Source: an uncultured Chloroflexota bacterium (lineage in GTDB: Bacteria > Chloroflexota > UBA11872). Taken from it: a DNA stretch of 64,000 nt. The DNA is taken from positions 2,230,127 through 2,294,126 of the forward strand of contig OY282448.1 of assembly GCA_958296175.1 (NCBI GenBank), in the 5' to 3' direction. The translations under genes were made by a program, and so were the position numbers. This document shows positions 23,401 through 31,501 of the stretch, in pieces (positions within the stretch are counted from its first letter, which is position 1; each line of letters starts with the position of its first letter). The notes below the pieces were generated by a model. That model did not search any database, was not told where the DNA came from, and worked only from the letters and a program-made list of their open reading frames with translations.

Positions 23401-23628
23401 ATAGATGAGTGTCTGTTCACTTCATCGGACCTTGACATTGTAAGCCGAGAGAATGGCGATCCAGCTTGGCAAGTTGACGATGTATCTGCGAATCGTCGCG
23501 CTATAGACGATGTAGTGTTTGACGTGCTTGGCCTGACCCAAGACGAACGTGACGCAGTGTACGAAAGCGTTATCGAACTAATCAGCAACCGCCTCAGCCG
23601 CGCAAGCAGCGTGCATACCACGAGGTGA
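20455..23628 (+). CDS. MmeI/Eco57I-family (COG1002) N6-adenine DNA methyltransferase, about 1057 aa. The N-terminal PD-(D/E)xK catalytic residues appear lost, so it is probably methyltransferase-only, as in DrmMI or PglX. The C-terminal target-recognition part is sharply low in GC.
   Basis: Motifs: helical-domain PFLNGGLFEQ, GAYYTPRPVV, motif I VIDPACGSGAYLLG, motif IV NPPY (IAIANPPYVRQE). GTG start at 20455. The upstream part of ORF 19291..23628 is antisense to nth and the enolase gene and is rejected. GC falls from about 68% to about 40% after roughly 23050. Confidence 0.85.
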   Translation: MPIANLDDAYELDQAVGRILRAPDPRQRAEAVRRLFVEVLDFHSQSGQVSLRPPPAGAQLPAAAERVAVLDGVHVCYVALQAPENDRVRTAEASAAARRLADQLGDDLLLAVSNASGRQLHLIHPRVQGARPTLRRLVFEQGLPRRTAVQQAANIYAEYRASRSIRAALDAAFDVEPVTRRFFSDYKKVFTQAERLVTGFGPDQADDKRLFVQTLFNRLMFVHFLSRKGWLTFQGKNEYVQALWDSYQSRRPSETNFYRDRLHPLFFCGLNNPSGTDVNGRYMRKVYGDAPFLNGGLFEQSALDRRPGVQVPDEAIAPVVQARSGLFQRFNFTVMESTPYDVEVAVDPEMLGKVFEELVNERHASGAYYTPRPVVAFMCREALKGFLEHRVDELDAQTVEDFVDRRDPSRATLAQAIQLSSALDDVTVIDPACGSGAYLLGMLQELLELQTTLYSQKLRRDARTFYQLKLHVIQRNLYGVDVDPFAVNIAKLRLWLSLAIDYDGDKPEPLPNLDFKIVCGDSLLGPEPVLHLSAKKSELGELKGKFMLATAQKEKDELRGGIAAERARVEQVLAGASAPEGAVNWRLDFAEVFEKPGSFDIAIANPPYVRQEKIGPSKARLVRQYAGAVNARSDLYCYFYARALQLLRRGGQHVFICSNSWLDVGYGARLQDFLLYNAHVRAIYESAVERQFSTAQINTVISVIEKNGVCDESPTRFVSLRGEFEQAMADPTLRRQITKTRRELLDAATSGVDSRGHAKFVGDKWGGKYLRAPDIYHHILTTYSDKFVRLGDIATVRFGIKTGANAFFFLDEARIQQWNIEEEYLAPVMTSPQESRSILVDPDTLPKKLFVCHKEKDELRHTGALAYIQWGETNEYHKRRSMVSRKRWYDLGIRDGVYLAMNLLVHANARTYLYKEAVFCSNNFHVFASKHKNASVCTSLNSTLSQLSINVESRSNFGEGVLEIQTYETANLRIVKPEHITTIDECLFTSSDLDIVSRENGDPAWQVDDVSANRRAIDDVVFDVLGLTQDERDAVYESVIELISNRLSRASSVHTTR

Positions 23629-23766
23629 TATATTCCTGGGAGCGTCGAAAAATACAAAGGACTATATGAATCATATCTATGATTTCACGAAGGATCACCC
23701 AACAAAAGCTAGTCCATATATTTTCAGTTTGCCCGGCAGTCGATGAGTGATTTGACTGGCCGAAAT

Positions 23767-24750
23767 TCACATGAGCATTGACATGTTTAGACCTTGCATG
23801 TCTTCCTTGACGGGGACTTCGAGTTTTGTGACAAAGTACCGTGGCGCACTCAATTTTACGCGTTGAATGCGTACGCTGATGCGCACTCGCTGCTTCAACA
23901 GCGCGTTTATCGGCTTTTCCTCGGCAACGGTGCGCTCGACTTTGGCCTGAATCACTTCCCCCTTACCGCCGTCTGGTGATTGGCCCGCTGGCTCGTCAAC
24001 GACAAATTCCGCTAACTGCCGCTTTGGTAAGTAGCCTTGAAAGTATCCGACCAGTGTGATGTGTTCCTCAGGGATTGGTTTCTGACTCAAACGCTTCACG
24101 CTGGCCTGAACTTGGCTCACGTCACGAAATGCAAACACGCCGCCCTTGAATCTCAGGCGGCATGTGGCCTCTTTGGAATGCAGCACGTCAACGAATTTTC
24201 GTATGGCGTTTACCGCGCGTTCGTCGGTTTCATCCCAAATATGAGCCATTGCATCGTCGCTCTCGACCGATGCCTTCAGGATGTCCTGCGTCCGCGCAAT
24301 CGCCGCCTCGACGTGACTCAGCATCGACTCGAACGCCGTCTGTGAGGACGCGCCCTCGAGTTGGAACCCAAATGACCCCCGCACGACGTCCGTAATCATG
24401 AGCCGGTAGTCTTCTCGATTCGGGATGCGGTCGAGTGCGCCCAAATCGGCTGCCGAATGCTGGCTTGCCCCGACGGCGGCGACGGCGTTTTCAAACGTCC
24501 GGACGGCGTCCCCGCCAAATCCAGCGTCGATGCCTTGTCGGCCCGCGACGGGTTTCCCCTCGAAGCTAAGAAGCGCTTCTGTGGGTTGGGCGGGAAGTAC
24601 CGCAGGGTAGTCGAGGAGTTCCGCCTCGACCTCGGCAAGCCGCTGTGTCAGCGTGTGTTGCCGGATCGCACTTTCCGGTGCCGTGCGGTCGAGCATGTCT
24701 TTCAGCGCGGCTTGTTCGGAAAGCAGAAAACTATGTTCGCGCCTGCTCAT
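23767..24750 (-). CDS. Hypothetical protein (327 aa), second gene of a two-gene operon inside the defence locus
   Basis: No motif recognised. Its start ATG overlaps the upstream stop (TAATG), and a strong RBS AGGAGGACAGTA lies in the upstream gene's 3' end. Moderately reduced GC. Confidence 0.5.
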   Translation of the reverse strand: MSRREHSFLLSEQAALKDMLDRTAPESAIRQHTLTQRLAEVEAELLDYPAVLPAQPTEALLSFEGKPVAGRQGIDAGFGGDAVRTFENAVAAVGASQHSAADLGALDRIPNREDYRLMITDVVRGSFGFQLEGASSQTAFESMLSHVEAAIARTQDILKASVESDDAMAHIWDETDERAVNAIRKFVDVLHSKEATCRLRFKGGVFAFRDVSQVQASVKRLSQKPIPEEHITLVGYFQGYLPKRQLAEFVVDEPAGQSPDGGKGEVIQAKVERTVAEEKPINALLKQRVRISVRIQRVKLSAPRYFVTKLEVPVKEDMQGLNMSMLM

Positions 24751-25367
24751 TACTGTCCTCCTTCACGGTCGAGTTTGTCGAGTTCGGACCTGGCTGCGTG
24801 ATCTTCACCCTCAGCCAGATCGATTCGCACGTAGCCTTTCCACACGCCGTCGCGCGTGTGCGACCACAGGCTATACCAATACGTCAGATCATCCACTAAC
24901 TCATCGATCTTTGCCGGATTCATAACGACGTGGTACGCGTGTAAGCCGTGGATCTTACGAATGGTGTTTGGCTCGAATAAATCTGGATATTGTTCGAGCA
25001 CATCCATTTCCTGTTGATCGTCTGTCACGTGGATGAATGTAATCACGTCAATGTCCCCAGGTGGCCGGCCTTCCGTCTGCTCGACGTCTTCGACGAAGCT
25101 TCCGTCGACCCACTGAAAGCCCCGGGTCAGGCCGGCCGCGTGCAGCCTTTCTCGGTATTCCAGTAGTCCCTGCAGCAGCTTCCGTCTGTTGGGCGTGCGT
25201 CCGAATTTTGCAACCGTGTCGAGAAGGGACGCGCGGTACGGAGATCGACGCCGAGCTGTGGGATTCTTCGGGTCGACGGCGGGAAGCAACCCCGTAAGGC
25301 GCCACGCGGGAATCTGGCTGACGATGATTTCGCTTCTGAACCGATGGCGGCGCACGCCTGTGTGCAT
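24750..25367 (-). CDS. Hypothetical protein (205 aa) with a possible minimal nucleotidyltransferase motif (GS-x16-DIDV)
   Basis: Motif WVDGSFVEDVEQTEGRPPGDIDVITF resembles a pol-beta-type NTase hG[GS]...DxD. First gene of the two-gene operon, divergent from the PLD-SNF2 gene. Confidence 0.45.
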   Translation of the reverse strand: MHTGVRRHRFRSEIIVSQIPAWRLTGLLPAVDPKNPTARRRSPYRASLLDTVAKFGRTPNRRKLLQGLLEYRERLHAAGLTRGFQWVDGSFVEDVEQTEGRPPGDIDVITFIHVTDDQQEMDVLEQYPDLFEPNTIRKIHGLHAYHVVMNPAKIDELVDDLTYWYSLWSHTRDGVWKGYVRIDLAEGEDHAARSELDKLDREGGQ

Positions 25368-25414
25368 TTCGAGTCTAGCATCGCGTCCGCTTCAGACTGC
25401 TCGACCACGACCGA

Positions 25415-25526
25415 TTGTTTGACCGTTGTTTGATTGGACAGGCCAAAAACTCCCGAAAACGGTACTGGTCGATGGTCGGTGAACCTGTTAGGCGGTTCTG
25501 CGGTTGTTTGACCGTTGTTTGATTGG
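25415..25526. promoter_or_regulatory. Divergent promoter region with two perfect 23-bp direct repeats TTGTTTGACCGTTGTTTGATTGG (25415-25437 and 25504-25526). Each repeat contains a tandem TTGTTTGA, giving four sites in all; a putative operator array.
   Basis: Exact repeats read directly in the 302-bp intergenic region between the divergently transcribed hypothetical operon and the PLD-SNF2 gene. Confidence 0.4.
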
Positions 25527-25668
25527 CGGGCGGGTTCGCTGCTCGTGAACGCGTGCTACGCTCGCGTTACAGTATTGACTTGGCGCGGCGCTCGATGAAT
25601 ATGCACGGGTTCGGGTCTACGCCAACGCGCGCGCGCGTGCGGGGCGCGGCGTTCGCCAGGTCGGCGTC

Positions 25669-28600
25669 GTGAACATCTTGCACGCCGGGACCGAACCGCC
25701 GCTGCTGGAGCGGCTGCAGGAGATGCTGGGCAGTTCCGCGCGGGCGGACATTGCCGTGGGCTACTTCTTCATGAGCGGGTTTGCGCAGGTGGCGGACGCC
25801 CTGGCCGGCCTGCAGCGGGTGCGCATTCTGGTTGGCCGCACGGACCGGCGCGTGTTGGACGATGTGGCGCGGGGGTTGCAGCAGGCGCAGGCGCTGAGCG
25901 CGCGGCTGGAGGCCGACGAGCTTACGCCGCGCGGCCAGCGGCCGGCCATCGTGCGAAACGCCGCGGCCAGCATTGCGGAAGGCGTGGCGCTGCTGCCGCA
26001 GGACGACGGCTCGCAAGCCGCGGTGATGCGCCTGCGGGACATGATTGCCGCGGGCCAGGCGGAGGTGCGCGCCTATCCGCGCGGCCCGCTGCACGCCAAG
26101 GCCTATCTGTGCTGGTACGCCAACCACGCGGAACCGGGCGCGGCCGTGGTGGGGTCGTCCAACTTTACGCTGGCGGGGTTTACGGGCAACACCGAGCTCA
26201 ACGTGCGCGTGACCGGGGACGCCGAGATGGCCGAACTGCGGAGGTGGTTCGAAGACTTGTGGCGCGATTCGCAGGACGTCGGCGCGGCGCTGCTGACCGA
26301 ACTGAACCGCTCGTGGGCGCTGGCGCGCACGCCGCCCTACCACGTGTATCTGAAGGCGCTGTACGAGCTGTATTTCACGCCCGTCGGAGACCCCGACCTC
26401 ACGCTGGCGCAGCCCGCGGAGGAGCTGGCCAATTTCCAACTGGACGCGGTGCGGCGCGGGCTGGCCATGATCGAGACGCACGGCGGCTGTTACATCGGCG
26501 ACGTGGTGGGGCTGGGCAAGACCTACGTGGGGGCCGAGCTGCTGCGCCAACTGCGCCAGAGTTATCCGAACGACGGCCCGCCGCTGATCATCTGTCCGGC
26601 TGGATTGCGGCCCATGTGGCGGCATTTCAACGAACGTTTCGGCCTGGGCGCGGAGGTCATTTCGCACAGCAGCATCCGTCCCGCGCCCGCTCCGCAGTTC
26701 GACGAAGCGCTTGGCCGGTTCGTCGACCCCGAGCCGGACGGTCGCAGCGGCGTGGTGCTGCACGACGAATATCCGAACCGCGGGCCGGTGCTGGTGGACG
26801 AGGCGCACAGCTTCCGCAACGTCAACCAGCGCTCGACCGGCTTGCAGTCCTATCTGGACGCCGGCGACCACAAGGTGGTCTTGCTCAGCGCCACGCCGCA
26901 GAACCTGGGTCCGATGGACATTTATCGACAACTGCGGCTGTTTCTGGACGATCTGGACCACGGCCTGAACATCGAGCCGCTCAATTTGGAGGAGTATTTC
27001 CACAACGCGCGGCGCTGGATGGATTACCGCACGGCGGACGAGAATTACAAGACCGAATACGCGGCCTGGCGTGAGGGCGGATCGCGCGGCGCGCCGCCCA
27101 TGGACAAACCCAAGCCGCCTCCCGTGCCCCGCGCCGACGTGCAGCAGGTGCTGGCGCCGCTGTTCATCCGCCGCCGCCGCCGCGACATCCGCGAGCTGTA
27201 CGGCGACACGGCCACCGTGGACGGCGCCCCGGTGCGTTTCCCGGATCCGGTGCTGCGCAACGTGGAGTATCGGTTGGACAAGGTGTACGCCAAGGCCGGA
27301 TCACTGGAGGACTTGCTTGCGCGCTTGAAAGAACATCGAGCGGCCAGATACCGCGCTACCAAGTATTTGCTGGCTGAGGCCAAGGACAACGACGAGTACC
27401 GGGACTTGTTCAGAGCGGGGGACCGCATTCCGCGGCTGATGCGCGGGCTGCTGCTCAAGCGGCTGGAATCCAGCATCGAGGCGTTTCGCTCTACCTTGAA
27501 GTCGCTGCTGCGCAGCAACCGCAACTTTCGCACGGCGCTGGAGGCCGGCTACGTGCCGGTTGGCGCCACGGCGACGCGTCTGCTGGCCGGGGAGATCTTC
27601 GACGCCGACGAGGCGTTGCACGCTCTCCATGCGGAGGAAAGACGGCGGCAAAACCAGGACGTTCGGCGCCTGCTGGATGATCTTCCGCATGCCGAGCGGT
27701 ACGAGCGCGCGCGCCGCCTGCTCGACGACGACGCCGGCGGGCGTCAGCCCCAGGCGGCCAAGCGTTCCACGCTGGTGCATTCCGTGGCGGACTTCGACGC
27801 CGATCGGTGGCTGGCGGACGTGGACGCGGATTTCGAGGTTCTGCGCGGCATTGCGGACCGGGTCGAAGGCATCGGGCCGGGCGACGACGACAAATTGCGC
27901 ACGCTGCGCCGCTTTTTGCAGCAGCCGGAGGCGGCGGCGGACAAGGTGCTGATCTTTTCCGAAGCCGAGACGACGATCGACTACCTGTATCGAGAGTTGA
28001 ACCCGGACGAACGAGACCCGACCTTCGCCCGCTTGACGGGTGCGACGGGCAACGCGGCGGAGGTCATCCGACGCTTTGCGCCGCGCTCGAACCTTGGACG
28101 GAACGCTCCGCGCCCGGCGGTCGAAATCCGCGTGCTGCTGGCCACCGACGTCGTGTCCGAGGGCCAGAACCTGCAAGACTGCGCCCGCGTGCTGAATTAT
28201 GACCTGCACTGGAATCCGGTGCGGCTGATCCAGCGCTTCGGTCGCGTCGACCGCATCGGGTCCGAGCACTCGGTCATCCACTTGCACAACATGTGGCCCG
28301 ACACCGCGGTGGACGCCGAGCTGGAGCTGACGGAGCGGCTCGGCAACCGCATTCAGACGTTCCACGACTCGATTGGGCTGGACAGCAAGCTGCTGTCGGA
28401 CACGGAGCGCCTGAACGCGGCGGACATGTACCGCATCTACGCCGAAGGGCGCCTGCCGGACGAGGACGACGAGCTGGACGAGGTGGCGGTCAATCAGCGC
28501 GCCGTGGCGCTCTTGCAGCGGATTCAGCGCGGCGACCCCGAACTGTGGCGCACGGTGACGACCCTGCCCGACGGGGTTCGCTCGGCGCTGAGCGGCGGCG

Positions 28601-29265
28601 GCGAGCCCGCGGACGACGACGGCGCCGCGGTTCGCCTGCAGCAGGTGCTGGAAGTTCCCGGCATGCAGATGCCGCTGGTGTCGCCGGACGAGTCGGATGC
28701 GGAACTCTCGCCCTTCGACCCTCCGCGGCCCGGCGAGACGCTGGTGCTGCTGAGCGCGGGCAAGGTCAAGGGCTGCTACGCCGCGGCGGACGGACGGGAC
28801 CCGCGGCAGATCAGCCCGGCCCAGTTCGCGCGCGCGGCTGAATGCGCCCCGGATACGCCGGGTCGGCCGCTGCCGTCCACCACCAACCAGCGCGTGATGA
28901 GCGCTTTCGAGACGTTCCGGGCCGACGTCCAGCAGCGGCTGGGCCGCGCCCGGCGTCCGCGCGATACGCAGACGCGCCGCTATGTGTCCCGCGGTCTCCG
29001 AAACGCCAGGAACGATCTCGAAGCGTCGCCGGAGGACGCGCAACGGATCGACGTGCTGCAGCGCGTGTTCTACGCCGACCTGCCGCCGCGGGTGGAAGAC
29101 GCCCTGGCTGATATCCGGCGGTTGGGGTTGCAGGGGGAGGCGTTAGTGCGGCGTCTGGAAGCGCTGCGCGAGTTTCACCGACTCAATCCCCCCGACGCTT
29201 CCGTCGAGCCGGCGCGCCCCGCAGCGCAGGTCATCCGCATCGTCTGCTCCGACGGCCTGGTCTAA
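25669..29265 (+). CDS. Fusion protein: N-terminal phospholipase-D-family (single HKD) nuclease domain + SNF2/RAD54-family helicase (SNF2_N + helicase_C), 1198 aa
   Basis: PLD HKD motif HAKAYLCW...GSSNFT. SNF2 motifs: I GDVVGLGKTYVG, II VLVDEAHSFRN (DEAH), III LLSATPQN, V LLATDVVSEGQNLQ, VI QRFGRVDRIG. GTG start at 25669. The antisense ORFs 25567..27003 and 27301..29043 are rejected. Confidence 0.85.
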   Translation: MNILHAGTEPPLLERLQEMLGSSARADIAVGYFFMSGFAQVADALAGLQRVRILVGRTDRRVLDDVARGLQQAQALSARLEADELTPRGQRPAIVRNAAASIAEGVALLPQDDGSQAAVMRLRDMIAAGQAEVRAYPRGPLHAKAYLCWYANHAEPGAAVVGSSNFTLAGFTGNTELNVRVTGDAEMAELRRWFEDLWRDSQDVGAALLTELNRSWALARTPPYHVYLKALYELYFTPVGDPDLTLAQPAEELANFQLDAVRRGLAMIETHGGCYIGDVVGLGKTYVGAELLRQLRQSYPNDGPPLIICPAGLRPMWRHFNERFGLGAEVISHSSIRPAPAPQFDEALGRFVDPEPDGRSGVVLHDEYPNRGPVLVDEAHSFRNVNQRSTGLQSYLDAGDHKVVLLSATPQNLGPMDIYRQLRLFLDDLDHGLNIEPLNLEEYFHNARRWMDYRTADENYKTEYAAWREGGSRGAPPMDKPKPPPVPRADVQQVLAPLFIRRRRRDIRELYGDTATVDGAPVRFPDPVLRNVEYRLDKVYAKAGSLEDLLARLKEHRAARYRATKYLLAEAKDNDEYRDLFRAGDRIPRLMRGLLLKRLESSIEAFRSTLKSLLRSNRNFRTALEAGYVPVGATATRLLAGEIFDADEALHALHAEERRRQNQDVRRLLDDLPHAERYERARRLLDDDAGGRQPQAAKRSTLVHSVADFDADRWLADVDADFEVLRGIADRVEGIGPGDDDKLRTLRRFLQQPEAAADKVLIFSEAETTIDYLYRELNPDERDPTFARLTGATGNAAEVIRRFAPRSNLGRNAPRPAVEIRVLLATDVVSEGQNLQDCARVLNYDLHWNPVRLIQRFGRVDRIGSEHSVIHLHNMWPDTAVDAELELTERLGNRIQTFHDSIGLDSKLLSDTERLNAADMYRIYAEGRLPDEDDELDEVAVNQRAVALLQRIQRGDPELWRTVTTLPDGVRSALSGGGEPADDDGAAVRLQQVLEVPGMQMPLVSPDESDAELSPFDPPRPGETLVLLSAGKVKGCYAAADGRDPRQISPAQFARAAECAPDTPGRPLPSTTNQRVMSAFETFRADVQQRLGRARRPRDTQTRRYVSRGLRNARNDLEASPEDAQRIDVLQRVFYADLPPRVEDALADIRRLGLQGEALVRRLEALREFHRLNPPDASVEPARPAAQVIRIVCSDGLV

Positions 29266-29423
29266 AGCCCCTGCCCCCCACATAGAAGCTTCCGCCGTCT
29301 CCCGCGCGGCATCCAGCGCCCGTTCCCAGGACCCTTGCTCCCACAGAAGTCCCGCTTCTGCCCCTTGCTCCTGCGCGCCCTCTGGTTTGCCGCGCCTTGC
29401 GGCAGGGGTGAGGGGCGCTGTGG

Positions 29424-31352
29424 ATGGGGGACGGGGGATGGCTAGACTGGATGCGAAGGGGGCGTGACGTTGGTGGGGCGTTGGGTGTGAATCGGCGGAC
29501 GTTGTTGGGTGCTGGGATTGGGGCGGCGGCGGCTGCGGCGCCGGCGGCGCTGGCGGGGACGCTGCTCGTTGGGCGGTCGTCTGCGTTGCCGCGCGGCGTG
29601 AGCGTGGGCGGTGTCGACGTGGGCGGGTTGACGGCGGACGAGGCGTTGGGGCGGCTGCAGGCCCGCTGGGGCGCGTTTCTGGCCGGCCCGGCCGAGTTTC
29701 AGTTGGGCGGGCGTTCCTGGCGGCCGGCGGCCCAGGACATTGGCGTGCGCGCGGACTTCCAGGCGTCCTTGCGCGCGGTGGTGGTGGCGCAGCCGGCGGG
29801 CGGGCTGCTGGATCTGCTGACGGGCGAGGCGTCGGCGCCGCCCGCGGCACCGCCCGTGATCGCCTACGACCGCGGCACCGCGCGGCGATTCCTGGAGGCA
29901 TTGGGGGCGGGATTCGACCAGCCGGCCACCGACGCGGGGTTGCGCATGCGGGGCGACGGGCGCCTGGAGCTTTCGCCCGGCCAGCCGGGGCGCGTGGTGG
30001 ACGTGGAGCAGGCGCTGCGCGACCTGGAGGCGGGCTTGTCGCGCGCCGCGCCCGGGCACGTGGTGCATCTGCGGTTCCGCGAGGATCGGCCCGCGGTGTC
30101 CACCGAGGCCGCCGAGGCCGCCGCCGCAGCGGCGCGGCGCGTGGTTGGCCAGCCGATCTGGCTGATGCGCGGGAACCGCGGCTGGGTGATAGAGCCAGAG
30201 CATCTGCGCAACGCGCTGGTGATCGACGCCAGCGGCCGCGGCATTGCCGTCGAGATCGAGTTCACCCGCTTCAACGACCTCTTCCACACTATCGAGGACA
30301 CGCTGACGGCCGAGCCTGTCGAAGGCGTGTTCGAAATGAACGAGCGCCAGGATCGCGTGACGGCTTTCAAGCCTGGCAATCCCGGGCAGCGCCTGGACCG
30401 CGCGCAGCTGGAACGCCGCATCCTGGCCGCGGCGCAGCGCGAGGATCAGCGGCGGGTCGACGTGCCGCTCGTCATCTTGAACAAGGAATACGACACCGCG
30501 GCCAACCCCATGGGCATTCGGGATCTGCTGGCCACGGGGTCGTCGGTGTACAAAGGCTCGGCGGACTACCGCGACCACAACATTGCCAACGGGGCGCGCA
30601 AGCTGGACGGCGCGATCGTGCGCCCCGGCGAGACGTTTTCGTTCAACGAGCGCGTGGGCGCGTTCACGCTGGCGCAGGGCTGGGTGGCGGGCAGCGTCAT
30701 CGTGGAAGACCGCACCGAGCAGGGTATCGGCGGCGGCATCTGCCAGGTGTCCACCACGCTGTTTCGGGCCGCGATGGCCGCCGGGCTGCCCATCGAAGAG
30801 CGCTGGCCGCACCTTTACCGCGTGCGGTATTACGAGATGGGGAAGTTCCCGATCGGGTACGACGCCACCATCTTCTCGCCCGGCCCCGACTTGAAGTTCA
30901 CCAACAACTACCAACACCCCATCATGCTGCGCGCGCGGCTCGACCGCCGCCTGTCGACGCTGGACTTCGAAATCTGGGGCGTGAGCGACGGGCGCGAGGT
31001 AACGCTGTCCGAACCGCGCCTGTGGGACTGGGTGGAGCCGCCGCCGGACGAGGCGGTGGTGGACTCGGAGGAAGACCCGGACTACGAAAAGCAGATCGAG
31101 TTTGCCAAGGACGGCGTGAACGCCGAGATTCGGCGCACGATCGCGCGCGCCGACGGCACGCAAACCAGCAGCACGTTTCGATCCACGTATACGGCCTGGC
31201 CCAACCGCTACATCGTGGGCATCGACCAGGCCAAAGAGCGGTTTCCAACCTCGTTCAACACGTGGGTCGACAAAAACCCTGACGAAGCCGCCCGCTGGGG
31301 CGTTACGCGCGTGCCGGGGGCGCCTTCCGACCCCAGCGCGCCGTCGGGCTGA
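29424..31352 (+). CDS. VanW family protein (secreted; Tat-like signal)
   Basis: Tat-like signal RRTLLGAGIGAAAAAA. VanW domain signature GGGICQVSTTLF and a YD...G region. 642 aa. Confidence 0.75.
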   Translation: MGDGGWLDWMRRGRDVGGALGVNRRTLLGAGIGAAAAAAPAALAGTLLVGRSSALPRGVSVGGVDVGGLTADEALGRLQARWGAFLAGPAEFQLGGRSWRPAAQDIGVRADFQASLRAVVVAQPAGGLLDLLTGEASAPPAAPPVIAYDRGTARRFLEALGAGFDQPATDAGLRMRGDGRLELSPGQPGRVVDVEQALRDLEAGLSRAAPGHVVHLRFREDRPAVSTEAAEAAAAAARRVVGQPIWLMRGNRGWVIEPEHLRNALVIDASGRGIAVEIEFTRFNDLFHTIEDTLTAEPVEGVFEMNERQDRVTAFKPGNPGQRLDRAQLERRILAAAQREDQRRVDVPLVILNKEYDTAANPMGIRDLLATGSSVYKGSADYRDHNIANGARKLDGAIVRPGETFSFNERVGAFTLAQGWVAGSVIVEDRTEQGIGGGICQVSTTLFRAAMAAGLPIEERWPHLYRVRYYEMGKFPIGYDATIFSPGPDLKFTNNYQHPIMLRARLDRRLSTLDFEIWGVSDGREVTLSEPRLWDWVEPPPDEAVVDSEEDPDYEKQIEFAKDGVNAEIRRTIARADGTQTSSTFRSTYTAWPNRYIVGIDQAKERFPTSFNTWVDKNPDEAARWGVTRVPGAPSDPSAPSG

Positions 31353-31501
31353 GCGGCCGCGGACCCTCGGCCGCTGACTCGCGCTGCCGGGGCAGCGCGA
31401 ATGGTTATTCTCAGTGGACGATTCGCGAGCTCCCGCCATTCCGGCATCCGCCGGCATCCAGCGGGCGCCCACGTGGATTTTCTAGATACGACCGCCCAGC
31501 G

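Noticed and set aside
25567-29043. Minus-strand ORFs 25567..27003 (478 aa) and 27301..29043 (580 aa)
   Set aside because: Antisense to the PLD-SNF2 gene, whose frame carries the full helicase motif set.
29442-31472. 676-aa minus-strand ORF
   Set aside because: Antisense to the VanW gene; no motifs.
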